This document shows, piece after piece, positions 28,815 to 36,536 of a stretch of 64,000 nucleotides of DNA. The number at the start of each line of letters is the position of its first letter. The first letter of the stretch is position 1. The notes beneath the pieces were generated by a model, which worked only from the letters and a program-made list of their open reading frames with translations, was not told the origin of the DNA and did not search any database. The stretch comes from Bacillota bacterium (lineage in GTDB: Bacteria; Patescibacteriota; Patescibacteriia; Patescibacteriales; UBA12465), in contig JBLNBA010000004.1 of NCBI GenBank assembly GCA_050259635.1, forward strand, positions 203,005 through 267,004. Reading direction: 5' to 3'. A program made the position numbers and the translations under genes.

Positions 28815-29150
28815 ATGATCATCTTTCTTCTTATCACTCTATCTGCCCTTGTCTTGGCCATAAAAAAATCCGCCAATGATAAAGCCGCTCCCGCTCCGGA
28901 TCCAAAATATATAATCCAAAACGGATATTTGGCTTTTAGGGATTCTGGACGCTTTGTCCATCGCTGGGCAATGGAAAAGAAAATCGGGCGCAAGCTTATA
29001 CCGGGAGAAGTCGTCCATCATGTTGATGGCCACAAATTAAACAACAGCCCGCAAAATCTATGGTTATTTTCCACCCAGGAACAACACCAGCGCTATCATA
29101 GAGAACAGCTTTCCATGACCGGCAACTGGTATGGCCATTACGGAAAATAG
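28815..29150 (+). CDS. small HNH endonuclease with an N-terminal TM helix
   Basis: VVHHVDGHKLNNSPQNLWLFSTQEQHQRYH is an HNH (H-N-H) core. Residues 1-17 are hydrophobic. Confidence 0.7.
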   Translation: MIIFLLITLSALVLAIKKSANDKAAPAPDPKYIIQNGYLAFRDSGRFVHRWAMEKKIGRKLIPGEVVHHVDGHKLNNSPQNLWLFSTQEQHQRYHREQLSMTGNWYGHYGK

Positions 29151-29184
29151 ACAATATAAAAACGGGGCTCTCTGCTCCGTTTTA

Positions 29185-29745
29185 TTATGCCTTTGCCAGA
29201 TCCGTCCGCATATCCCTTATTATCCGCGGAAGCAAACCGTTATATATATCCACATCATGCTTCAGGTTCATGATCAACTTTTCTAACATCGCTAGATCAT
29301 CCTTATAATGCTCGGCTAGATTTGCCCTCTTCTCCGCTTTCCGAATTTCATAGTGCAAACATATCCGCTTACTGGACAACCTCGCTTCCAGACCTTCCGC
29401 CTCCCGGTAAAAGATAGTGGGGCAAAGAAGGAGAACGTCTCCGTCGCCTTCGAAAGGAACGGCGACCTCAAAGCGCAGGAAGGCTTCATCCACATCAACA
29501 TATTCATCTCCCCAGACCGAGTCGTGGCGGCTCTGGATATGATAGACCTCCTGGATGCCTCCTTGGATACCGGCACGATCGAAGCTAACAGCCGGGAAAT
29601 AATACATATACCGCCGCACTAAGGACTCGATGAATTCATCGGTGACAGGACTCCTTAATTGTGCGATTTCCCAGGACAGCCGGGCTCTTCTATCAGCCGC
29701 CGCAACGGAGAAAAGCTGTCTGGTAAATAGCCTTTCTTCCTGCAT
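29185..29745 (-). CDS. hypothetical protein (186 aa)
   Basis: ORF preceded by TTGGAC-N18-TATAAT. No motif recognised. Confidence 0.5.
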   Translation of the reverse strand: MQEERLFTRQLFSVAAADRRARLSWEIAQLRSPVTDEFIESLVRRYMYYFPAVSFDRAGIQGGIQEVYHIQSRHDSVWGDEYVDVDEAFLRFEVAVPFEGDGDVLLLCPTIFYREAEGLEARLSSKRICLHYEIRKAEKRANLAEHYKDDLAMLEKLIMNLKHDVDIYNGLLPRIIRDMRTDLAKA

Positions 29746-29914
29746 ATGAGTGTGCCTATTTGAGTTAAATTATATCACTTTTCTTCCCTTTTGTCCAAAA
29801 GAAAACTAATATCCGTTGCGGACCAAAAATGATATTAAAAAAAAGACCGCTGGGCAAACCATACGGTAGGGATAAGGAAAGAACAAGCTATTACTAAATA
29901 TTCAAATAGATTAT

Positions 29915-31303
29915 TTAGTATTTAGATTCATAAACATATGTCTTGTTAGCCTCAATTTCAAACCTGTCACTAAACCGCCGACCTTCATAAATTCCACTTA
30001 TAGTATAGTGTCCAGGAAATAACACTATACTATCTTTCATATTTGGACCGACAACCAACTTTTCTACAGAACTCACCGTATTAGTCACTATCAGTTTACT
30101 CTCTAAACCGGTGTTATCACAAATTAGTCTGCCACGTCGGCTTAATATTTTTGATTGAAATACCATTAGAAATTCGAATTCTTGGCTTCCACCATCTATA
30201 ACCTCGAACGTTTCATAATATTTCTGATACTGCTCAGCCTTATAACGTCCTGGCTCCAACATTAGCCTATGAGTGGAATGCGCCGGCACAGATTGTTTTT
30301 CGCGAGTATCTAGATTTGTTATGATTAGGTTTTTTCCTAAGAAATTTCTAATCCAACATGGGATTTTACTTTGCTCTCTCTCAATGGAAACTTTTTTATT
30401 TAGAAATTCGAATTCTTGGCTTCCACCTTCTATCACCTCGAACGGTTCATGATATTTCTGATACTGCTCGGCATCATAACGTCCTGGCTCCAGCATTAAC
30501 TTCTGAGTACGGTGCGCCGGCACTGACTGTTTTTCGCGAGTATCTAGATTTGTTATGATTAACGATTCTGCTGTGCAATTACTGATCCGACATGGGATTT
30601 TACTTTGCCCCCTCTCAATGGAAACTTCTTGTTCCCCATCTGCCTCCTCATCACTTGGCGGCTGATCCTGGACTTGTGCTCCCAGAAAAGCTTGAGAAAA
30701 GGGCTTTTCATCCATGCTCAAGTCGCCGTCCGTCTCCGAAGATAATTCTTGCACATTACTTTGGGCTTGGCCTGGTTGAGTATCTTGAGCAATTGGCTTT
30801 TCATCCGCAGGGTTTGGCGATTCTACGAATAATCCCTTGCTCCTTAAGACCACTTCCTTCGTAACAGGCCGCAATCGATCTCCGGTTACCGGATCAAAAC
30901 CAGGCGAGTCATAGAAAGTATAGAGTCCGTTCGTTTCAGAATAGTACTTCAATGCATTCCCTCCATAAGGGTCGAAATATAGATCCCTTCTACCCAGATA
31001 GGCGAAAAGAAAGAATATGGAAATGGCAAAGAATACCAAGGCGCGGTAAATCTTCTTATGCTTTTGAGGAAAGGGGGAAAATGACCTTAGCATTTTTCCC
31101 ACAGGAAGGATGACGATAAGCGACACTGCTAAAGCTGCGAAGGCTTTAGCTAGATTAGATTCCATACCGGTGATTGATCTGATCAAATATTCGATGAAAC
31201 CGAAAATTGACCAAAAGAAGAGAATGTTAGCACCAGTGAGCAGAGCAATAGCAACAATGATAATAATCAGAATAATCGCAATAATTCGACCGAAATTGTT
31301 CAT
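29915..31303 (-). CDS. double-DPxTG membrane protein family member P1 (463 aa; 3 C-terminal repeats)
   Basis: The start at MNNFGRI is preceded by GAAAGGAG. It has a multi-TM N-terminus, then LYFDPYGGNALKYYS...FYDSPGFDPVTGDRLRPVTKEVVLRSKG, an acidic/Gln/Pro linker, and three repeats of about 78 aa containing L(E/F)PG(R/H)Y. Confidence 0.7.
   Translation of the reverse strand: MNNFGRIIAIILIIIIVAIALLTGANILFFWSIFGFIEYLIRSITGMESNLAKAFAALAVSLIVILPVGKMLRSFSPFPQKHKKIYRALVFFAISIFFLFAYLGRRDLYFDPYGGNALKYYSETNGLYTFYDSPGFDPVTGDRLRPVTKEVVLRSKGLFVESPNPADEKPIAQDTQPGQAQSNVQELSSETDGDLSMDEKPFSQAFLGAQVQDQPPSDEEADGEQEVSIERGQSKIPCRISNCTAESLIITNLDTREKQSVPAHRTQKLMLEPGRYDAEQYQKYHEPFEVIEGGSQEFEFLNKKVSIEREQSKIPCWIRNFLGKNLIITNLDTREKQSVPAHSTHRLMLEPGRYKAEQYQKYYETFEVIDGGSQEFEFLMVFQSKILSRRGRLICDNTGLESKLIVTNTVSSVEKLVVGPNMKDSIVLFPGHYTISGIYEGRRFSDRFEIEANKTYVYESKY
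30168..30625 (-). repeat. tandem 234-bp (78-codon) duplication inside P1
   Basis: agaaattcgaattcttggcttccacc... recurs at 30168 and 30402. By-eye alignment shows mostly identical bases, with one about 20-nt divergent patch. Confidence 0.9.
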
Positions 31304-31346
31304 AGCAAGCTCCTTTCTTGTTTTTAAGGTTCGATTAATTGCTTCA

Positions 31347-31375
31347 ACAGTAGTAAATTTTAAGCAAATTGTCAA
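31347..31375 (-). promoter_or_regulatory. promoter TTGACA-N17-TACTGT for P1
   Basis: Hexamers read directly. Confidence 0.45.
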
Positions 31376-31388
31376 GAGTGTGAGACTA

Positions 31389-31444
31389 AGAAAAAAACCG
31401 CCAACAAACCAGGCGGTTAAAAAAGACGGCCTTCCCTGGCTGTC
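31389..31444 (-). terminator. two tandem intrinsic terminators
   Basis: aaccgcc/ggcggtt and agacggcc/ggctgtct hairpins, each followed by a T-run on the minus strand. The first hairpin is nearly identical to the one at 34467-34489. Confidence 0.65.
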
Positions 31445-31494
31445 TTTTTTGATGGCAAATTTATTGCCTAAGATATACAGCGCATTTCTATTTA

Positions 31495-32586
31495 TCAATG
31501 ACCCAATATTATATCATTGAGTTTTTTTTCAGTTGCACATTTCCTTTCCAAAACATTATTCAAAGCTATTTCGGAAATTTCCACTGAATATTTTCCGAAT
31601 ACATTTTCCGTAAAGTACATTTTAAAGACGTTTGTTGTTAACGAATCAATAGATTGTTGAACTTTCTTCTGATCAAGACAATCTTTCCCTGCTTCGATTG
31701 CCAGTTTATTATAAAAATTATAATAATAACTTAGTGTTAGATTTTTTTTATAATAAAAATTATTCTTTACAAAAATTCGCCCAATTGCTCCGAGTTGATT
31801 ATTTACTCCCTGTTCGATATTACCCAAAGCTTGTTTCGAAACAAGATACTCGGTTATAAACGGAGATGAATTCCCTTTCGCTCTATAGTTTTCTAATTTA
31901 TTCCGATATTCAGATAAAGCCGAAGGATTTTTAATTATTGAGACGACTTTCTTCAAGCTATCTAAACCAGTATCTTTTATGGCAATGCCGAGTAAGTTAG
32001 TAATTATTAAACCTTGGGAATTTTCAATGGCATTTCCAATAATGATTGACTTGAAGGCTTCATCAAGCGCCTCTTTGTTATTGCCGTTTTTTGCCAGAAA
32101 GATGGCCTTAACGCCGCTTAAATGACTTGCCTCGCGCCAGCTATTAAGCGGAGTCACCGGCATGTCGCTCAAAATCTTAGAAGGATTATCTGCATCAGGC
32201 AATTGAAATTTCCCTTTAATGGCAGCGTCAGTATAGTGTTGCAAAACGTCTTCATTGTCAGCTAAAAGTAGGGTAACAGCTTCTTGATTCCACTGATCGC
32301 TTTCTAAGTAGCCAGAAACAAGTTCTTTTCCTACCGGAATATTTTTTAAATCAATTACATCTCGTATTTTATCTAAATCGTAAAAAGCATTTTCTTCTTT
32401 GGGTATATTTATTACTTGTAATTGCAATTTGGAATCGTCAATAGGTGGAATATCCTTACTCTTAACAATACTTAATAATGATGGAATAATCACTACGATA
32501 ACTCCTACAATAACAATTGCTACCGCGAGAAATTTTAAAACACCGCTAATAATTTGAGAAGCGGTTGTTTTGTTCATTTTTTGCAT
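31495..32586 (-). CDS. hypothetical membrane-anchored protein (363 aa), very AT-rich gene
   Basis: A single N-terminal TM segment followed by an Asn/Lys/Ile-rich soluble domain. No family recognised. Confidence 0.55.
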   Translation of the reverse strand: MQKMNKTTASQIISGVLKFLAVAIVIVGVIVVIIPSLLSIVKSKDIPPIDDSKLQLQVINIPKEENAFYDLDKIRDVIDLKNIPVGKELVSGYLESDQWNQEAVTLLLADNEDVLQHYTDAAIKGKFQLPDADNPSKILSDMPVTPLNSWREASHLSGVKAIFLAKNGNNKEALDEAFKSIIIGNAIENSQGLIITNLLGIAIKDTGLDSLKKVVSIIKNPSALSEYRNKLENYRAKGNSSPFITEYLVSKQALGNIEQGVNNQLGAIGRIFVKNNFYYKKNLTLSYYYNFYNKLAIEAGKDCLDQKKVQQSIDSLTTNVFKMYFTENVFGKYSVEISEIALNNVLERKCATEKKLNDIILGH

Positions 32587-32634
32587 AATTGATCATATTA
32601 CAACTAAAGTATATCAAAAAGGTCAAGCTTTTCA

Positions 32635-32660
32635 AAACAAAAAAGAGCTTTTCGCTCTTT
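32635..32660 (-). terminator. intrinsic terminator
   Basis: aagagc/gctctt hairpin, with a T-run on the minus strand. Confidence 0.6.
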
Positions 32661-32674
32661 AATGTGTTTTCTTT

Positions 32675-34357
32675 TTACTGAGCTTTTAATTCCCTCAAGG
32701 CATTATCCATCCGCTGGATGGTGACTCCACTATTTGCCAACCATTCCATTTGTTTATCAAAATCTGCCTTATATGTATCATATTCTCCGATACCGGTATT
32801 GTCGACGACATGATAGAGGAGAATCAGCCAAGTTTTATCAGCCTTCGCCTCATTCACCCAGGCCTGGAACTGTTCAAGGGTTGTATTTGATTTCATATTC
32901 TGCACGCGCAATCGATATGGATTAAAATTATCCTTTGAGTTAAATCCTTCGTCAGTCGTTCGATGCGCAAGGTAATATTTCATTATTTCCTCATTCACAG
33001 ACGCATTATATGCTCCAAAAGGAGAAACAAAATTTGTTATTGGCTGATTTACAAGATTTTGCAGAAAACGCTGGGAATGGTCTAATTCATAATTAACTTG
33101 AGTACTTGTCTGGGTTGTTAAATCAGGATGATTGACGGAATGAGAACAAATCTCGTGACCATGATTGGCAAATGTCTGAATGTTCGCTTCCTGTTCCGGA
33201 ATGCCTTCAACAAAGCTGGTAGCATTACAAATTGTCGCCTCCATTTTATATTTATCAAAAACCGGAAGGACTGTATTGATATTACTTTCAAAGCCGTCAT
33301 CGAAGGTCAAAGTTACTCGTCCTTTATCAAACCCCACATAGTTATATGGGGTTACATGATAATCATCAGTTTGTAACCAACCGTTACTGTTTAAGAGCAT
33401 AAACACCGAGACAGACTTAGCGTCCATCGGAACGCTAAAGGTATCAGAGTATTTTTGCCAATCGGTTCCCTTTGGCTGAGGATCGGGCATTCCAAAGAAA
33501 TCCTCGGTTCCGTCTTCCTTAATATATTGAACGACAACATGAGGATTAGTATTTGTTTTATACATTGCGCTGAATCGATAATCCTTTCCCCGTTCGAGAG
33601 TCATCGGCGTATAGACCCATTTTGCATCCCCGGAAACATAATTACTTACCGTTAATTTAACACTGCGCCCACCGTCATAGCCGTCATTGGCATATTGCCA
33701 GACAGTCTTGAGAGTCCCCCAACGAGAATGTTTCCAACTCCTCGGCAGATTTTTATTTGATGATTTAATCTCCACCGAATTGTTTGGCACTAAATCAATA
33801 ATCGAAGCTAATTCATTCTTTACCAAGCTGAAATTATCGGTTTGCACCCAGCCATTTCTCGTTATTATATGCAGGATAGTTATAGTTTTGGTATTGGGCA
33901 ACGTCCGGAAGGTATAGGTAGCCTCCCGCCAATCGGCTGAGATTGGAACGACGCGGGCGACATCAAAGTAGGTAGGGGCTCCCGCTTGATCAAGGCTCAT
34001 GGCTACGAGCTGAGTTTTAACATTGGATTTATAGAAATCGGTAAAAATATAATCTTGGTTGGGTTCAACGGCAACTGGATCAAAATACCACTTCGCATCT
34101 CCACTAGCATAATTTGCCATCTTTACTAAAACGCTATGGTCCGATTGGTAGCCCGTAGCTTCATAAGTTAGAGTGGCATTATTCATTCCCCAGATGTCAG
34201 TCTGCCATGAACTAGGACTGGTACTCGAGGCATTAACATTTTCAACGGAAGGATTATTAATCAAGTTAACATCTTCAGCCTTGGCTGATTTAGCCAGTAT
34301 AATTCCAGCTGCGAAAAACAAGATAAAAATACCAATTGTTTTAAAATGGAACTTCAT
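32675..34357 (-). CDS. secreted polysaccharide deacetylase (NodB/CE4) with two N-terminal CBM4_9-like modules
   Basis: The start at MKFHFKTIG carries a signal peptide. Two homologous modules of about 150 aa follow (..YxSGDAKW(Y/V)..P...E...DY.F...YK(S/T)N.......NGW(V/L)QTD(N/D)). The NodB domain has TLTFDDG and HEICSHSVNHPDL. Confidence 0.8.
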   Translation of the reverse strand: MKFHFKTIGIFILFFAAGIILAKSAKAEDVNLINNPSVENVNASSTSPSSWQTDIWGMNNATLTYEATGYQSDHSVLVKMANYASGDAKWYFDPVAVEPNQDYIFTDFYKSNVKTQLVAMSLDQAGAPTYFDVARVVPISADWREATYTFRTLPNTKTITILHIITRNGWVQTDNFSLVKNELASIIDLVPNNSVEIKSSNKNLPRSWKHSRWGTLKTVWQYANDGYDGGRSVKLTVSNYVSGDAKWVYTPMTLERGKDYRFSAMYKTNTNPHVVVQYIKEDGTEDFFGMPDPQPKGTDWQKYSDTFSVPMDAKSVSVFMLLNSNGWLQTDDYHVTPYNYVGFDKGRVTLTFDDGFESNINTVLPVFDKYKMEATICNATSFVEGIPEQEANIQTFANHGHEICSHSVNHPDLTTQTSTQVNYELDHSQRFLQNLVNQPITNFVSPFGAYNASVNEEIMKYYLAHRTTDEGFNSKDNFNPYRLRVQNMKSNTTLEQFQAWVNEAKADKTWLILLYHVVDNTGIGEYDTYKADFDKQMEWLANSGVTIQRMDNALRELKAQ

Positions 34358-34460
34358 ATGATTATTATTAATTTTGAAAGTTCGAATTATTTTTAACAAA
34401 CCACTTGAAATTGGATGAAAATTATAGCACAAATCTGTGCTTTTTACAATCTCCGGAGAA

Positions 34461-34489
34461 TAATAAAACCGCCGGCGAACCAGGCGGTT
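34461..34489 (-). terminator. intrinsic terminator
   Basis: aaccgcc/ggcggtt hairpin, a near copy of the one at 31395-31417. Confidence 0.6.
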
Positions 34490-34504
34490 ATTTATCTACG
34501 GGTG

Positions 34505-34684
34505 CTATCTCTTCTTGTTAGATAGCGCTATAGCGATTGCGGCAAGAATGACGGCGACGAATCCACCGACAAACCATTTATCGGGATTAGTTTTCCCTTT
34601 GCTTTTTGCAAAGAAGAATGTTAAGGCGCCTACCAATAAAGCCAAAATCACTATCACGACCCAAAAAATTAATGTTGTTGTCAT
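34505..34684 (-). CDS. small two-TM membrane protein (59 aa), not in the ORF track
   Basis: My own translation is MTTTLIFWVVIVILALLVGALTFFFAKSKGKTNPDKWFVGGFVAVILAAIAIALSNKKR. It lies 26 nt downstream of P2 with a terminator after it. The plus-strand ORF 34515-34727 is its antisense shadow. Confidence 0.5.
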   Translation of the reverse strand: MTTTLIFWVVIVILALLVGALTFFFAKSKGKTNPDKWFVGGFVAVILAAIAIALSNKKR

Positions 34685-34710
34685 TTTTGTTGTTTTTTGC
34701 GTTAAACTGA

Positions 34711-35871
34711 TTATCTTCGGTATCTAGAGATTTTATCGACACACTCCATATTCTGAGTACTGTTAGCCTTTATCTCGATAAATCCTCTCTGGTGACCCAT
34801 ATATACTGTGTATCGGCCAGGCGAAAGTTTTACTTCCCTTTTAATTCGGGAAGGAACTATCAGGACAACCACCCCAGAACGATCACATACTCGAACTAGA
34901 CCAGAAGTCTTGTTTTCGCATATTAGCGTTCCCAGAGGTTTCGATACCTCTCGTGAGCGATCCGTTTCCACGCGTTCCGGCTCTTTTTGCGGCTGGCCTA
35001 TTACCACCTCTCGATCTATTCCTTCGACGACTTCGAATGATCCCAGCATCTCCCCGTTTTGGAAATATCTATATCTTCCGGAGGAAAGCTTGTGAAAGCG
35101 GGTCGAAACCCCTGGCAGGACGCATTTCTCTTCGTTCGCTAGATTATAGACAGTTATCGGTTCCTTATTCCAGTTCATAAAAGTGACCGTCGCAGTCTCC
35201 TTGCTGTCTACCAAGCCCCAAGAGTTCCCAGAAGTATTTCTAGCTTCCGTCGATTCTTGTTGCTCTGGCGGATCGGGTTGCGCTTCTTCTTCCGGAACCG
35301 GATCGGGCGGAGGGTCATAGGTAGATTGGCTCGATTGCTGATAATTTTCACTCGACTCATAATGATTTTGATACCGATTTGCTTCGGGAACGACACCTCT
35401 ACTTCTCAATATTATGTCTTGAGTAACCGGCATAAGTTTATTACCGGTAAGAGGATCATAACCGGGAGATGAAAAAAACGTAAACGTTCCTTCCGGAGAT
35501 ACTGAATAATATTTCATCGGCTTCCCCGTGTTGGGGTCAAAATAGACATCGTCGCTTTGTAAGGCGTACATGAGCCCGAAGATACTGCCGATTACCAGGA
35601 AGGTTAGGGCGCGATATGTCCTTTTTTCCCTCTGAGGTAAAGATGAAAATGATTTAAGCATATCTCCGGCGGGAAGAAGCGCAAGGACCGCTAGAATAAA
35701 AGCTGCAATTTCCATTGAAAATTTAGAATCAAATCCGGTAACCGACCTTACCATATTTCCGAAAAATCCGAAGATCGACCAGAAAAATAGTATGTTGGCG
35801 CCAGTGGTGAGGGAGATTATTACAACTAATGCTATAGCAGAATATACGATAATTTTGCCTATTTTTTTCAT
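34711..35871 (-). CDS. double-DPxTG membrane protein family member P2 (386 aa; 2 C-terminal repeats)
   Basis: The start at MKKIGK is preceded by AAGGAG. It shares TGANILFFWSIFGF and VYFDPNTGKPMKYYS...FFSSPGYDPLTGNKLMPVTQDIILRSRG with P1. A Gln/Ser/Pro/Glu linker is followed by two repeats containing LS(S/P)GRY. Confidence 0.7.
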   Translation of the reverse strand: MKKIGKIIVYSAIALVVIISLTTGANILFFWSIFGFFGNMVRSVTGFDSKFSMEIAAFILAVLALLPAGDMLKSFSSLPQREKRTYRALTFLVIGSIFGLMYALQSDDVYFDPNTGKPMKYYSVSPEGTFTFFSSPGYDPLTGNKLMPVTQDIILRSRGVVPEANRYQNHYESSENYQQSSQSTYDPPPDPVPEEEAQPDPPEQQESTEARNTSGNSWGLVDSKETATVTFMNWNKEPITVYNLANEEKCVLPGVSTRFHKLSSGRYRYFQNGEMLGSFEVVEGIDREVVIGQPQKEPERVETDRSREVSKPLGTLICENKTSGLVRVCDRSGVVVLIVPSRIKREVKLSPGRYTVYMGHQRGFIEIKANSTQNMECVDKISRYRR

Positions 35872-35911
35872 GGCAACTCCTTTCATTTTTAAGGTTCAAC
35901 TCTTTGCTTAA

Positions 35912-35940
35912 ACACTAGTATATTTTCTGGAAAATGTCAA
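35912..35940 (-). promoter_or_regulatory. promoter TTGACA-N17-TAGTGT for P2
   Basis: Hexamers read directly. Confidence 0.45.
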
Positions 35941-35960
35941 TCCCACACTCCTCCCTATAA

Positions 35961-35989
35961 TTGACCGAAACCAAATAAAACAGTATGGT
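35961..35989 (+). promoter_or_regulatory. promoter TTGACC-N17-TATGGT for the NUDIX gene
   Basis: Hexamers read directly. Confidence 0.4.
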
Positions 35990-36045
35990 TAAAATAAGGA
36001 TGGGTTATATATAACGCCCTTCCCCATATTACTTCCATCGATTAT

Positions 36046-36467
36046 ATGAACAAAGTAGAAGGCATCCGGGGCTTGTCCCTGGGGATAATCAGGAAGGGCA
36101 ACAAGATCCTTGTCTCTCCGGGTTATGACAAGTCTAAGGGTGAAAGCTTCTATCGTCCCCTGGGCGGCGGAATTGAATTTGGCGAAACCTCAGAAGAAGC
36201 TTTAAAACGGGAATTCATGGAAGAGATAAGCGCCGAACTAAAAGATTGCCGCTTGATCACGGTCGTTGAGAATATCTTCACTTATGAGGAACGGAAAGGC
36301 CATGAAATCTGCTTCATCTTGAGGCGAGCATGGCGGACGAGAGTTTATATGAGAAAGAAGAATTCAAAATTCTAGATAGCGCCATCGGCGGCATAGCGAT
36401 CTGGAAAGACGTGGAAGAAGCAAAGAAAGAAATCATTTATCCGGTAGGGATCGAGAAATACCTATAA
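36046..36467 (+). pseudogene. NUDIX hydrolase, frame-disrupted near 36318-36323
   Basis: The Nudix box GGGIEFGETSEEALKREFMEEI is intact. After HEICFI the frame runs into a stop, while the adjacent frame reads EASMADESLYEKEEFKILDSAIGGIAIWKDVEEAKKEIIYPVGIEKYL up to a stop at 36465-36467, followed by a terminator. Confidence 0.65.
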
Positions 36468-36474
36468 AGCAAAA

Positions 36475-36497
36475 GACAGCCTCAAGGCTGTTTTTTC
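36475..36497 (+). terminator. intrinsic terminator
   Basis: acagcc-tcaa-ggctgt hairpin plus T6. Confidence 0.7.
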
Positions 36498-36536
36498 GAT
36501 CAATAAAAAACCCGAGATTTTGTCTCGGGTTGGTAA

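Noticed and set aside
29915-30630. The near-identical repeats in P1 could be a diversity-generating retroelement template/variable repeat pair.
   Set aside because: By-eye alignment shows substitutions of all base types, not adenine-specific. Both copies are in-frame parts of the same gene. No reverse transcriptase ORF is present anywhere in the window.
34515-34727. 70-aa plus-strand ORF.
   Set aside because: It is the antisense shadow of the 59-aa minus-strand membrane ORF. That ORF fits the operon direction, follows P2 by 26 nt and is followed by a terminator.
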